64,000 nt of DNA. Origin: an uncultured Corynebacterium sp. Lineage in GTDB: Bacteria > Actinomycetota > Actinomycetes > Mycobacteriales > Mycobacteriaceae. The DNA lies in contig CALUCD010000006.1 of assembly GCA_943914465.1 (NCBI GenBank), positions 67,234 through 131,233 of the forward strand. The letters run 5' to 3'. Positions 36,379 through 46,648 of the stretch are shown piece after piece. Under the pieces are notes generated by a model, which did not search any database, was not told where the DNA came from, and saw only the letters and a list, made by a program, of their open reading frames with translations. The position numbers were made by a program, and so were the translations under genes. Numbering within the stretch: the first letter of the stretch is position 1; the number at the start of each line of letters is the position of its first letter.

Positions 36379-37668
36379 GTGGACCACACCCTTTCCCCGG
36401 AAGACATCGCCCGCATTGACGCGGCCCATATCTGGCACCCCTACGCCGAGCCCGGCCTGTTCACGTATCCGGTTGCCAGTGCACAGGGAACACAGATCAC
36501 GCTCCACGACGGCCGGGTGCTCATCGACGCAATGTCCTCCTGGTGGGCTGCCATCCATGGTCACAGCAACCCGCGGCTCATCGCTGCAGCACAGCAGCAG
36601 ATCAACACCATGAGCCACGTCATGTTCGGCGGATTGACCCACGAACCGGCGGCGCGATTGACCAACCGCCTGCTTACCCTTACCGAGGGCCACTACAGTC
36701 AGGTCTTCTACTCGGACTCGGGCTCTGTCGGCGTTGAAGTGGCAATGAAAATGGCACTGCAGTACGCCCGCGGCAGTGGGCATCCCGAACGCACCCGCTT
36801 CCTTACCTGGCGCTCCGGTTACCACGGCGACACCTTTGCAACGATGAGTGTGTGCGACCCCGATGGCGGGATGCACTCCATGTGGGGTTCGGGTGTATTG
36901 GCACAGCAGGTGTTCGCGCCGGCTCCACCGATCACGGGGGCGTCCACACGCGAATGCGAACGCTACCTCGACGGCGTCGCCGCGCTCATCAGCGACGATA
37001 TCGCCGCAGTCATCATCGAGCCTGTCGTACAGGGAGCAGGGGGAATGCGCTTCCACGATCCGGCACTTGTACAGGGGGTCCGCCGGATGTGCGACGCTGC
37101 AGGCATTCCCCTGATCGCCGATGAAATTGCCACCGGCTTCGGACGCACCGGCGCACTATTCACCACACTGTCCCACGGGGTGGTGCCAGACATCCTGTGC
37201 GTGGGAAAGGCGCTCACCGGTGGGTTTATGACCTTGGCAGCCACGCTGGCTACCGAGCGGATCGCTACTGGGATGCAGCCGCGCGCACTCATGCACGGCC
37301 CGACGTTTATGGCCAACCCGCTCGCATGCGCGGTTGCTGCCGAGTCTCTGGCGATCATCGCCGAAGGAACGTGGAGCGACCAAGTAGCCACGATTGAGGC
37401 GCGACTTCAGCGTGGCTTGGCTGCGTTGCGGGACGTTCCGGGGGTGGTCGATGTGCGTGTGCTCGGTGCGATCGGGGTAGTGGAGATGGACCACGACGTT
37501 GACATGTGCGCAACCACTGAGGCTGCCATAGATGAAGGTGTGTGGATCCGACCGTTCGGGCGGCTGATCTACACCATGCCTCCGTACGTGTGCACCCCCG
37601 AGGAGATAGACACTATCTGCCGGGGTATCACAGCAGCGACGATGGTCGCAGGAAGCAAGAAGCCATGA
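36379..37668 (+). CDS. bioA: Adenosylmethionine-8-amino-7-oxononanoate aminotransferase
   Basis: Class III aminotransferase (DAMSSWWAAIHGH, PLIADEIATGFGRTG), BioA length, directly followed by bioD. Confidence 0.85.
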   Translation: MDHTLSPEDIARIDAAHIWHPYAEPGLFTYPVASAQGTQITLHDGRVLIDAMSSWWAAIHGHSNPRLIAAAQQQINTMSHVMFGGLTHEPAARLTNRLLTLTEGHYSQVFYSDSGSVGVEVAMKMALQYARGSGHPERTRFLTWRSGYHGDTFATMSVCDPDGGMHSMWGSGVLAQQVFAPAPPITGASTRECERYLDGVAALISDDIAAVIIEPVVQGAGGMRFHDPALVQGVRRMCDAAGIPLIADEIATGFGRTGALFTTLSHGVVPDILCVGKALTGGFMTLAATLATERIATGMQPRALMHGPTFMANPLACAVAAESLAIIAEGTWSDQVATIEARLQRGLAALRDVPGVVDVRVLGAIGVVEMDHDVDMCATTEAAIDEGVWIRPFGRLIYTMPPYVCTPEEIDTICRGITAATMVAGSKKP

Positions 37669-38381
37669 TTATCTGCATAACCGGGACGAACACCGACGTG
37701 GGCAAAACTATCGCTACGGCGGCGCTCGCGAGCACCATTGCACAAGCCGGCAGTGACGTCGTCGCAGCGAAACCGGTGCAAACCGGCGAAGCACCAGGAC
37801 ACGGGGATGCCACCGCGATCAGTACACTGGCCGGTGTGCCCGCCTTCGAGGGCTGGCGCTACCCGGAACCACTCGCCCCGAATATGGCCGCGCGCCGGGC
37901 GGGGATGGAAACACCACCGCTTGAAGACGTCGCGGCGTGGGTACGCGGCCTCGACGCAAAAAACCGCGTCGTATTGGTTGAAGGAGCCGGCGGCCTCCTT
38001 GTTCGCCTCGGCGGCGCGCCGGACAATGAGTACACTCTCGCAGACATCGCGGTAGAACTTGGCGCACCGCTGGTGGTAGTGACGTCGCTTGGTCTTGGCA
38101 GCCTCAACCTCGCAGAGCTGACCTGCGTCTACGCGCGTAGCCGCGGGCTTGAGATCAAGGGGCTTATCGGCGGAATGCTGCCCACAGACGCTGACCTTGC
38201 AACTCGGCTCAATGTGGAAGAACTGCCCCGAGTGACCGGGGTCGCCTACTGGGGCTCATTGCCCGCAGGCGCAGGCTCACTGCGAGCCGGTAGAGAAGGC
38301 GGTGTCGGTGCTGGCAATACGGCGTTCGCCGCGATGGCGCGCGAGTGTCTGCAGCCCGCCGCAGCGGCCCTGTTGGGCTAA
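37665..38381 (+). CDS. bioD: ATP-dependent dethiobiotin synthetase
   Basis: MIICITGTNTDVGKT P-loop, LVEGAGGLLV. ATG overlaps the bioA stop (ATGA). Confidence 0.85.
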   Translation: MIICITGTNTDVGKTIATAALASTIAQAGSDVVAAKPVQTGEAPGHGDATAISTLAGVPAFEGWRYPEPLAPNMAARRAGMETPPLEDVAAWVRGLDAKNRVVLVEGAGGLLVRLGGAPDNEYTLADIAVELGAPLVVVTSLGLGSLNLAELTCVYARSRGLEIKGLIGGMLPTDADLATRLNVEELPRVTGVAYWGSLPAGAGSLRAGREGGVGAGNTAFAAMARECLQPAAAALLG

Positions 38382-40030
38382 TCCGCAACCAGCGGGTCCA
38401 TCGTTAGCTCGGGATGCTCCTTTTCTACAAAGGCGAGCTTCCACTTATCCCCAAACAACGCGATCAGCTCACCATCTGAACGTGTGAAAATCTCAACCCC
38501 GCGCTGGCGACCGAGTGCAGCGGCCGATTCCGCATCCGTGCGCCGTGCCACCGTATACGGGATTGCCTCGGTGACTGTCTCTACGTTGTATTCAAGCTCC
38601 ATTCGTGCCTGCATGACCTCGAACTGCATCGGCCCCACAGCGGCCATGACGGGGGCGGCATCACCGCGGGTGTCATTGCGCAAAATCTGCACCACGCCCT
38701 CTGCGTCCAGCTGCTCCAGACCCTTCCTGAATTGCTTATATTTGCCCAGAGACTTCGCGCGCAGCGTGCGGAAGTGCTCCGGGGCGAACTGCGGCATTGG
38801 CGGGTACTGCACCTTGCGGCCCGCGAAAATCGTGTCTCCTGGAGCAAGTGCACCGGCGTTGACAAGACCGATGATGTCGCCCGGAAACGCGGTCTCCACT
38901 GTGTCGCGTGTTCGACCGAACACAGTCAGCGCGTACTTGGTGGAAAAGCTGCGGCCAGACTGGGCGTGGGTGACTTGCATGCCCCGGTCGAACTCACCCG
39001 AGACCACACGCATGAACGCCAGCGTGTCGCGGTGGTTGCGGTCCATACCAGCCTGCACTTTGAACACCACACCCGAGAAGTCATCATCGATCTCGCGCTG
39101 CGTGTCCATCGCCGTTGCCGATGCCTCAACTGCCTGCGCGTCACCAGCCCTGCCTTCGGGTGCGGGCGCGATCGCACACAAAGTATCCAAAATCTGGTGC
39201 ACGCCGAAGTTCAGCATGGCAGACGCGAAGATGATCGGGGAGGTCACGCACTGCTCGAAGAGCTGTTGGTCGTGCAGGGCGCCGTCGGCAAGCAAAAGCT
39301 CTGCCTCCTCAACTGCCGTCTCCCACGCATCGCCCTCGCGCTCGAGTGCCTCCTGCGGCGAGTAGTGCTCCTCGGGCGCGATGGTGGAGCCACCAGCGGT
39401 ACGAATGAAGTGCACATAGCCGTCAATATCGCCTGAGCCATCAATGTGGGCGAGCCCGCGGAAGTCACCAGCTTCGCCCACCGGCCAGTACAGGGGAGTT
39501 GGCTGGAGGTCGATTTCAGTGACAATCTCGTCGACCAATTCCAGCGGTTCGCGGCCAACCCGGTCCCATTTGTTAATCACGGTGATGATCGGCAATCCGC
39601 GCGCCTTGCACACCCGAAACAGTTTCAGCGTCTGCGGCTCAAGACCTTTAGCGGCATCGATGAGCATGACGGCGGCGTCAACAGCAGAAAGCACCCGGTA
39701 GGTGTCTTCCGAGAAGTCGGCGTGCCCAGGGGTGTCCACCAGATTGATCACGTACGGATCACCACTATGCCCGCTCGGTGCGTACTCAAACTGCAGTGCT
39801 GAAGAGGCGATAGAGATCCCGCGGTCTTTTTCCATCTCCATCCAGTCCGACACCGTCGCGCTTCGCCCGGCTTTGCCGTGCACCGCCCCGGCCTCAGCAA
39901 TCATGTGGGCATGCAGCGCCAGTGCCTCGGTCAGTGTGGACTTACCCGCATCGGGGTGGGCAATCACGGCGAAGGTACGGCGGCGAGCTGCCTCCGATGC
40001 CGTCGACCGGGTAGAGGTAGCAGTGCTCAT
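38378..40030 (-). CDS. prfC: Peptide chain release factor 3
   Basis: Translational GTPase motifs AHPDAGKST, DTPGHADF, NKWD; RF3-like length (550 aa). Confidence 0.9.
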   Translation of the reverse strand: MSTATSTRSTASEAARRRTFAVIAHPDAGKSTLTEALALHAHMIAEAGAVHGKAGRSATVSDWMEMEKDRGISIASSALQFEYAPSGHSGDPYVINLVDTPGHADFSEDTYRVLSAVDAAVMLIDAAKGLEPQTLKLFRVCKARGLPIITVINKWDRVGREPLELVDEIVTEIDLQPTPLYWPVGEAGDFRGLAHIDGSGDIDGYVHFIRTAGGSTIAPEEHYSPQEALEREGDAWETAVEEAELLLADGALHDQQLFEQCVTSPIIFASAMLNFGVHQILDTLCAIAPAPEGRAGDAQAVEASATAMDTQREIDDDFSGVVFKVQAGMDRNHRDTLAFMRVVSGEFDRGMQVTHAQSGRSFSTKYALTVFGRTRDTVETAFPGDIIGLVNAGALAPGDTIFAGRKVQYPPMPQFAPEHFRTLRAKSLGKYKQFRKGLEQLDAEGVVQILRNDTRGDAAPVMAAVGPMQFEVMQARMELEYNVETVTEAIPYTVARRTDAESAAALGRQRGVEIFTRSDGELIALFGDKWKLAFVEKEHPELTMDPLVAD

Positions 40031-40101
40031 AATCGCGTGATTCTAGTGGCCAGCAGCTTGGCAGTGGGAATCGTGCGTCACCCGCCGGTAGTCTCGCCTC
40101 C

Positions 40102-40674
40102 ATGACAGATTCCGATACCGCTACCTCACCCAAAACCGTGGGCATCGTCCTCGGTTCTGTACGCGACGGACGCTTTGGCGAACACGTCGCCCACTGGGTG
40201 CTCGACGCGGCCACCGCCCGCGACACGGACGTCACCTATCAGCTCATCGACCTTGCAACATTCGATGTTCCGGCGCTCACTGCCGCGGCAGTACCCGGTG
40301 CGGCGAACAAGCACTACGAAGTCGAAGCAGTCACCCGCTGGTCAGAAGCCATTGACGCGTGTGATGGATTCATCTTCGTCACACCCGAGTACAACCACTC
40401 CGTGCCTGGCACCATGAAAAACGCCTTTGACTCCCTCGGGCCCGAATGGGCGGGCAAGCCGGTTGCCTTCGTGGGCTACGGCGCCGACGGTGCGGTTCGT
40501 GCGGTCGAGCACTGGCGCCAGATCGTCGCCAACTTTTCCATGTTTGGGGTACGCAACCAAGTGGCGCTCTCGCTTTTCGACGACACCTCCGATAACCAAT
40601 TCGCCCCGCGCGACCTCAAAGCCAGCGATCTGGACAAGGTGCTCACCGATCTGGAGCACGCGTTGACCCGCTAG
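40102..40674 (+). CDS. NAD(P)H-dependent FMN reductase family protein
   Basis: Flavodoxin-like fold with IFVTPEYNHSVPG motif. Confidence 0.7.
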   Translation: MTDSDTATSPKTVGIVLGSVRDGRFGEHVAHWVLDAATARDTDVTYQLIDLATFDVPALTAAAVPGAANKHYEVEAVTRWSEAIDACDGFIFVTPEYNHSVPGTMKNAFDSLGPEWAGKPVAFVGYGADGAVRAVEHWRQIVANFSMFGVRNQVALSLFDDTSDNQFAPRDLKASDLDKVLTDLEHALTR

Positions 40675-40686
40675 AGCACCGTCAAG

Positions 40687-41328
40687 TCAGCGGGCGTGAA
40701 TGATGTTCTGCGCCTGCGCGAGGCCCTGCTCGGTGGTCAACCGTGCCGCCCGGGCTGCCAGGGCGATCTGGTCTGCAACCCCTGCTGGGCCACCAGCAAC
40801 CGGTCCGAGTACCCAATCGATGATTGAGTCGCCTTTTGGTGGGCGGCCAATGCCGACCCGCACCCGCGGGTACTCACGCGTTCCCAGGTGCTGAGTGATT
40901 GACTTCAGACCGTTGTGGCCGTTTTCATTGCCGCCCATGCGCAACTTCACCGTGCCGGGAGGAAGATCCAACTCGTCGTGCACCACCAGCACACGATCCG
41001 GGGCGATGCCAAGGCGCGCCGCCAAGGGGCCCACACCTTGCCCGGACTCGTTCATAAACGTCGTTGTTCGCGCATAGGCAACGTGGTCGGCGATTGCCAC
41101 ACGGGCTTTGACACCCTCCACGGGTTCAAGCTCGAGCGGGCTGTCAGAAATCTCAGCAATAAGCCGGTCAAGAACCATATAGCCCACATTGTGGCGCGTG
41201 GCGTCGTACTTGGCCCCGGGGTTGCCGAGGCCGACGACAAGCCATTTGGCATCCCCAAGTGTCGCTGGTTTTTCCGTGCGGTGACGCGATTTGGAGGGGC
41301 GAAACAAAGCGCGTAAGGATTTGAACAC
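40687..41328 (-). CDS. pth: Peptidyl-tRNA hydrolase (paralogue 1)
   Basis: LVVGLGNPGAKYDATRHNVG...HNGLKS motifs. The N-terminal about 20 aa may be an extension; start could be internal. Confidence 0.8.
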   Translation of the reverse strand: MFKSLRALFRPSKSRHRTEKPATLGDAKWLVVGLGNPGAKYDATRHNVGYMVLDRLIAEISDSPLELEPVEGVKARVAIADHVAYARTTTFMNESGQGVGPLAARLGIAPDRVLVVHDELDLPPGTVKLRMGGNENGHNGLKSITQHLGTREYPRVRVGIGRPPKGDSIIDWVLGPVAGGPAGVADQIALAARAARLTTEQGLAQAQNIIHAR

Positions 41329-41393
41329 GCCGGCCAGTCTATTCGGCTGCTGGCCTGTTGCACACCCACACAGATCGCGCTTAGGCTGCCGGT

Positions 41394-42344
41394 ATGGCCC
41401 AACGCCCGAATACCGCCGGGACCTCGTTCACACTGCCACCAGTCATCGCTGCGCCGATGGCGGGTGGGCCCTCCACCCCCAAGCTGGTCAATGCCGTGAA
41501 CTTCGGCTTTTTGGCGTGGGGAACCTGCACACCCACTACCGCCCGTGAAGAGCTTGGTAACACATCTGTCCCATTTGGGATCAACCTGTTCTACCCCCAG
41601 TCCTACCAGCCATCTCAGGCTGACCTCGAGGCCGTGGTACAGCGTCTCGGTCCGGATACGGGGACGAGACTGCCCCAGGTTGATCTCACGGCGGGATTTG
41701 CCGAAAAGTTCACGCTCGCGCTCAATTCCCCAGCCCAGGTCGTCTCTTCGACCTTCGGTTGTTTTTCTCGAGACGAAATCGCCGCCCTCCACGACAGCGG
41801 CAAGCAAGCTTGGATCACGGTGACAACTGCCGAACACGCGGCAGTCGCGTTCAGCCGCGGTGCGGATGCGGTCGTGGTCCAAGGGCCTCGCGCTGGTGGT
41901 CACCGGGGAACCTGGGATCCACGCGACGCACCTGGCACCGATACCCTTGAAGAGCTGCTTGTCAGCATCGAAGGTCGCCGCATCGCCGCTGGGGGTGTGC
42001 GCTGCGCCGGTGACGTCGACACGCTGCTCGCGCTCGGTGCCGAAGCCGTGGCGTGCGGCACCGCGTTTCTGCTTGCTGATGAAGCTGGCACCAGTGAGCG
42101 CAACCGCAGCCTTGTGCGAAGCGATCGACCGAGTGTGTTGAGTAGGGCATTTTCTGGCCGCTGGGCGCGCGGGGTGGAAACTGACTTCACCGTGCGCAAC
42201 CCAGATTTGCCTGCTGTTTACCCGTACTTGCGGCCAATGACGAAGGACAACGACTATTGCCTTGCGGGCGATGAGCGCGCGCAGCTGATGGAAGCATCTG
42301 CCGCTGCTATTGAGCGGGAGCTCACCCCGACGCGGTTTCAGTAA
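41394..42344 (+). CDS. Nitronate monooxygenase (2-nitropropane dioxygenase family, FMN-dependent)
   Basis: VIAAPMAGG...AGGHRG...TIM-barrel NMO pattern. Confidence 0.7.
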   Translation: MAQRPNTAGTSFTLPPVIAAPMAGGPSTPKLVNAVNFGFLAWGTCTPTTAREELGNTSVPFGINLFYPQSYQPSQADLEAVVQRLGPDTGTRLPQVDLTAGFAEKFTLALNSPAQVVSSTFGCFSRDEIAALHDSGKQAWITVTTAEHAAVAFSRGADAVVVQGPRAGGHRGTWDPRDAPGTDTLEELLVSIEGRRIAAGGVRCAGDVDTLLALGAEAVACGTAFLLADEAGTSERNRSLVRSDRPSVLSRAFSGRWARGVETDFTVRNPDLPAVYPYLRPMTKDNDYCLAGDERAQLMEASAAAIERELTPTRFQ

Positions 42345-43174
42345 ACCCGCACCGTGTTTTCAATCGCGCCAAGACCCGCAACCTCAACGCGCACGATGTC
42401 ACCATCCGCAAGGTAGCGCTGCGGGTCGCGCGCGTGGCCAACCCCGTCTGGTGTGCCGGTGGCGATGACGTCACCGGGCGCCAGTGGGTAGAGATGCGAG
42501 ATGAACTCGATGAGTTTTTCGGGGGTAAACACCAAGTCATCGGTGGGGGAGTGTTGGAGTTGTTCACCATTGACGGTGGTTGTGATCGTCGGGCCGGGTC
42601 GCCAGTCTATGTCTAACCAGGGCCCGAAACCGGCTGAATGCTCCAACGATTTGCCCTGGTGCCACTGTTTGGTGCGGTTTTGTAGTTCGCGATTGGTCAA
42701 ATCGTTGATGATTGCGTAGCCCGCAATATAGGCTTCTGCGTCGGCCGCGTGCACATGGCGCGCCTGCTTAGCGACGACCACGGCAACCTCCCCCTCAAAA
42801 TCCAGCGCACCCGCATTGAAGCTGGCAATGGCGGTGTCGTCGAAGGGGCCGATGAGCGCCTCAGGAAACTTGATGAACAGCGTTGGCACGTCGGGGCGGT
42901 CATGACCCATTTCTACAATGTGTTTGGCGTAGTTCAGGCCAACGCAAATGATTTTTCCCGGACGGGGGATCACAGGCGCGAGCTGGTGCGAATTGAACAT
43001 GCGCGGTGTGCTTGCCGTTTCCGCGATCTCACGCCAGTTCGGCTCCGCAAGCAACGCCCCTACATCCGCAAAGCCGGGAATCGGTGTTGCGCGTATCGTC
43101 TGCTCGCTTGCGTCGGTGTCGATGCGGGCAGCAAGCGTGTCAGTGGCGGAGGTGCGGATGGTGGCAAGACGCAT
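42338..43174 (-). CDS. Fumarylacetoacetate hydrolase (FAH) family protein
   Basis: FAH fold motifs ([27 protein letters not shown]). Confidence 0.75.
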   Translation of the reverse strand: MRLATIRTSATDTLAARIDTDASEQTIRATPIPGFADVGALLAEPNWREIAETASTPRMFNSHQLAPVIPRPGKIICVGLNYAKHIVEMGHDRPDVPTLFIKFPEALIGPFDDTAIASFNAGALDFEGEVAVVVAKQARHVHAADAEAYIAGYAIINDLTNRELQNRTKQWHQGKSLEHSAGFGPWLDIDWRPGPTITTTVNGEQLQHSPTDDLVFTPEKLIEFISHLYPLAPGDVIATGTPDGVGHARDPQRYLADGDIVRVEVAGLGAIENTVRVY

Positions 43175-43229
43175 GCGCCCAGGCTATCGTGCTCACGCTT
43201 TTCGCGTTTGTAGCGGCTAAGTACAGTCC

Positions 43230-43829
43230 TTAGCGCAGGGCAGCGAGTATGTCGTCCGCAGCGGCCGTCGCCGCTAGCGTGACATCGATTTCTTCTGCGG
43301 TTGTAAAAGGCTTGAGTACATAGTCGCGCGGGGCCATCCGGCCAGGCGGGCGGCCGATGCCTACCGCTAGCTTGTTGTACGGCGCGTCGCCGAATGTTTT
43401 GCGCAGTGCTTTCGTCACTGACTTCAGGCCGTTGTGCCCATGGTCACCGCCACCGCAGCGCAGCTTGACTTCGCCGAGCGGCAGATCCAACTCGTCGTAC
43501 GCCACGTAGAGGTCATGGGGGCTGACCCGGAAGTAGTCCATCAGCGCCTTGACCGGGCCGCCTGAGACGTTCATGAACGCTCGCGTGCGTGCCAGTACAA
43601 CCTGACGGTCGGGGCAGAGTCGCCCGGCGGTCAGCTCAGCCACCTCGGTGTTTGTGCGTTTATGTGCTGAGAGCTGCGCCGGCGTCGGAAAGACGCGTCC
43701 GCAGAGCTCATCGACAACCCGAACTCCCACGTTGTGTCGGGTCGCGGCGTACTGCGGGCCAGGATTGCCCAAACCGACAATCAACGCGGAAGAATCAGAA
43801 GAAGATGAGGCGGCGTTCACCCCAGCCAT
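43230..43829 (-). CDS. pth: Peptidyl-tRNA hydrolase (paralogue 2)
   Basis: LIVGLGNPGPQYAATRHNVG...DHGHNGLKS. Adjacent to rplY, as in the canonical pth-rplY arrangement. Confidence 0.85.
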   Translation of the reverse strand: MAGVNAASSSSDSSALIVGLGNPGPQYAATRHNVGVRVVDELCGRVFPTPAQLSAHKRTNTEVAELTAGRLCPDRQVVLARTRAFMNVSGGPVKALMDYFRVSPHDLYVAYDELDLPLGEVKLRCGGGDHGHNGLKSVTKALRKTFGDAPYNKLAVGIGRPPGRMAPRDYVLKPFTTAEEIDVTLAATAAADDILAALR

Positions 43830-43843
43830 GGTAGGCGGGGCTG

Positions 43844-44515
43844 TTAGGAGTTTGCTCCCTCATCGCCCTTGCCAGCGTCGGCGTTGTCGCCAGCATCGTC
43901 TGCGTCTGCGCCAGCCTCAGCACCGCCTTCTTCTGCCTCAGCTGCAGCAGCCTCCAGTTCCTCGTCAACCTGCTCGAAGGTGACGTTGACCAGGAGCGAC
44001 TCGGGGTCGGAGATGAGCTCAGCGCCGTCCGGCAGTGTGAGGTCAGAGGCGAAGAGCTGGTCGCCGATCTCTTTGCCTTCGATGGAGATAGTGAGCTCGT
44101 CCGGGATCTTGAGGGCGTCGATCTCGATCTCGACTTCGGTTGCTTCTTGCAACACGACAGCACCCGGAACCGCTTCACCCTCGGTGACCACAGGCACGAA
44201 GACGATAACCTTCTCACCGCGCTTGATGCCGAGCAGGTCCACGTGGTCGATTTCAAGAGTGATCACATTTTGATCGATGTGCCGGACCATGGACAGCAGT
44301 TGCTTGCCCTCGACCTCAAGCTCCAGAATCGCGTTCACACCGTCATTGCGCACAAGGGCGGTGAACTCGATGCGATCTACCGCGAAGTGGGTGTTTTCAA
44401 TGCCGGCCTCGTAGAGTACGCCAGGGATTTTGCCAGCGCGGCGGAGGCGGCGGGCAGAACCTTTACCAAACTCTTCACGCTTTTCGGCTTGGATGACCGG
44501 TGGGGTAGTAGCCAT
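43844..44515 (-). CDS. rplY: 50S ribosomal protein L25 / general stress protein Ctc
   Basis: L25 N-terminal domain (REEFGKGSARRLRRAGKIPGVLY) with an acidic, Ala-rich C-terminal tail. Start at MATTPPV. Confidence 0.85.
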   Translation of the reverse strand: MATTPPVIQAEKREEFGKGSARRLRRAGKIPGVLYEAGIENTHFAVDRIEFTALVRNDGVNAILELEVEGKQLLSMVRHIDQNVITLEIDHVDLLGIKRGEKVIVFVPVVTEGEAVPGAVVLQEATEVEIEIDALKIPDELTISIEGKEIGDQLFASDLTLPDGAELISDPESLLVNVTFEQVDEELEAAAAEAEEGGAEAGADADDAGDNADAGKGDEGANS

Positions 44516-44709
44516 GTTGAAAACTCCTTCTATCTCAATGAGAAGGGTCGCAAGCAAACAAAAACCGCGACCACTTCAACGGGTGCGTGCTCGTCGAGTG
44601 ATCGCAGCATAAGGATCGCATCGCGTCGATAACGGCTTCGTTTCTAGATAACTTCAGCCCTCGCCGAGACCGCTTCATGCTAACAGGGAGCACCTTGGAG
44701 ACAAAATAG

Positions 44710-46614
44710 CTAACGCTGCGGCAACAGCGCCTTGCCAAAGTACGCCTCCAAGCCAGCGCAATCGTCGAGGGGGAGCACCGCACCGACGTACTGGTCTGGC
44801 CGCACAATCACCACTGCGCCGTCGCGGGAGATGCCGCGCGCGTCGAAAATGTCCTCCTCAGTGAGCGCGGACCACACCTTGCCCCAGTACTCCACGCGCA
44901 GAGAACCGGTGCGTGGACGGAACACCTCCGGTGCGTCAGTGACCTCGAAGTCGTGGTAGTGTTGCTGGTAAATAACGTTGATGTCGAACATCGCATCGTC
45001 GTCGACGCCGTCGACAGTGTAGCGGTGGTAGAACGAATCCTCACGCTGGATGTACTCGGCGAGGCGCGCCACCTTCGAGTCTTGCGCTGATGTGTTCGGC
45101 GCGGCGCGATCAGCGAAGACGTAGATGCGGTAGCGGCCATCGGCAGTGTGCATGTGGCCGAGGTGCCGTGGGTTTGCGTCGCAGCGGCGCATCGCGCGAT
45201 ACGACTTGAAACGTCGACCCACCGGGAACCCTGCGGCCAACTCCTGGTGCTCTGTGTCGGCCGTGATCGCGTTATTGGTGTACTCGGTGAGGAATCCTGC
45301 GGCAAACTCCTCGGCGGCGACGTAGTAGTCCTCTACCGCGGTAGGGTTATCTAGTTTTTCGACTGGGGTGGCCATCAGTGTGGACCATTCTTTGTCAAAC
45401 CTGATCAAGTTGGCTGCCGCTGGTTGGCGCTCGGTGTGGTAGGTCAACAGCAGTGACTCCGGTGCCCGGCCGGAGAGCACATGCCCCAGCTTCCACGCGA
45501 TGTTCCACCCGTCTTGCATGGACACGTTCATACCCTGGCCGGCTTTGGCGGAGTGGGTGTGGCAGGCATCGCCGGTGAGGAACACGCGCGGGGTGGGAGA
45601 GTCGGTGTTGTGGTCGGCGTCGTCGAAACCGTCGACAAGTCGGTGTCCGACTTCGTAGATGGAGCTCCACGCGACGTTTTTCACGTCGATGGTGTAGGGC
45701 TCCATGATCTGGTTCGCTTTTTCAATGATTGTCTCCACCGGCGTTTGGCGGATCTTGCTCTTCTCCTCGGGTGAGTCGGCGGCGGACACGACCCCGAGGT
45801 CAACGTACATGCGAGCCAGGTAGCCACCTTCGCGCGGGATGTGCAGGATCGAGCCTGCCTTTGAGTGGATCGAGCACTTGGTGCGCCAATCCGGAAAGTC
45901 GGTGTCTACTACTACGTCCATCACGCCCCAGGCCTGGTTCGCCTGGTCGCCTTCGAGCTTGCGCTGGATGGATTTGCGCACACCGGAGTGGGCCCCGTCG
46001 CAGCCGATGACGTACTTCGCGCGGACGGTGTGTGTGGCACCCTTGTCTTCGCCTGCGGTGCGGGTCAGTTCGACTTTGACCGGATAGTCGTGTCCTTCCT
46101 CCACGGTGAGCGTGTTGAATTCCCAGCCGTAGTTCGGGGTCAGTTGTGTTGGTGAGCGCTGCGCGAAGCGCAGGAAGTAATCCAGCACGCGGGCCTGGTT
46201 CACAATCAGGTGCGGGAATTCCGAAATACCGTGTTCATCATCAATGGGGCGCGCCCCGCGCACGATGTTGTTGGGGTTTTCCGGATCTGGATTCCAAAAA
46301 GACATCTCGGTGATGCGGTAGGCCTCCTCGGTGATCTCTGATGCAAAACCGAATGCTTGGAATGTTTCTACCGAGCGTGACTGGATGCCGTCTGCTTGAC
46401 CGAGTACCAGGCGCCCGTCACGACGCTCGATGATGTGCGTGCGCACCTGCGGGAACATCGAAAGCTGCGCAGCGGCGATCGCACCTGCCGGACCACTGCC
46501 TACGATGAGGACATCCATCTCGTCGGGGAGTTCGTCGGTGCGGTGTATCCAGTTTTCGTTGGGGCTGTGGCAGCGGGGGTCCTGTGAAACGTAGCCGTTG
46601 TGGTGAAACTGCAT
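44710..46614 (-). CDS. FAD-dependent aromatic-ring hydroxylase, PheA/TfdB/MobA (phenol 2-monooxygenase) family with C-terminal thioredoxin-like dimerisation domain
   Basis: FAD-binding GxGxxG (VGSGPAGAIAA), DG..S.VR and GDACH motifs, about 630 aa, typical of group A flavoprotein hydroxylases with a Phe_hydrox_dim domain. Start at MQFHHNGY. Confidence 0.75.
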   Translation of the reverse strand: MQFHHNGYVSQDPRCHSPNENWIHRTDELPDEMDVLIVGSGPAGAIAAAQLSMFPQVRTHIIERRDGRLVLGQADGIQSRSVETFQAFGFASEITEEAYRITEMSFWNPDPENPNNIVRGARPIDDEHGISEFPHLIVNQARVLDYFLRFAQRSPTQLTPNYGWEFNTLTVEEGHDYPVKVELTRTAGEDKGATHTVRAKYVIGCDGAHSGVRKSIQRKLEGDQANQAWGVMDVVVDTDFPDWRTKCSIHSKAGSILHIPREGGYLARMYVDLGVVSAADSPEEKSKIRQTPVETIIEKANQIMEPYTIDVKNVAWSSIYEVGHRLVDGFDDADHNTDSPTPRVFLTGDACHTHSAKAGQGMNVSMQDGWNIAWKLGHVLSGRAPESLLLTYHTERQPAAANLIRFDKEWSTLMATPVEKLDNPTAVEDYYVAAEEFAAGFLTEYTNNAITADTEHQELAAGFPVGRRFKSYRAMRRCDANPRHLGHMHTADGRYRIYVFADRAAPNTSAQDSKVARLAEYIQREDSFYHRYTVDGVDDDAMFDINVIYQQHYHDFEVTDAPEVFRPRTGSLRVEYWGKVWSALTEEDIFDARGISRDGAVVIVRPDQYVGAVLPLDDCAGLEAYFGKALLPQR

Positions 46615-46648
46615 GGTGCTTTCCTTGAAAGTGAGGATGATGAAGGTG

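Noticed and set aside
34771-37056. 761-aa ORF on the minus strand
   Set aside because: Only the 3' 506 codons (start MREIEH at 36288) form a POT-family transporter. The 5' 255 codons are antisense to bioA, S/P/R/A-rich, and lack protein-like composition. This is a typical high-GC antisense read-through.
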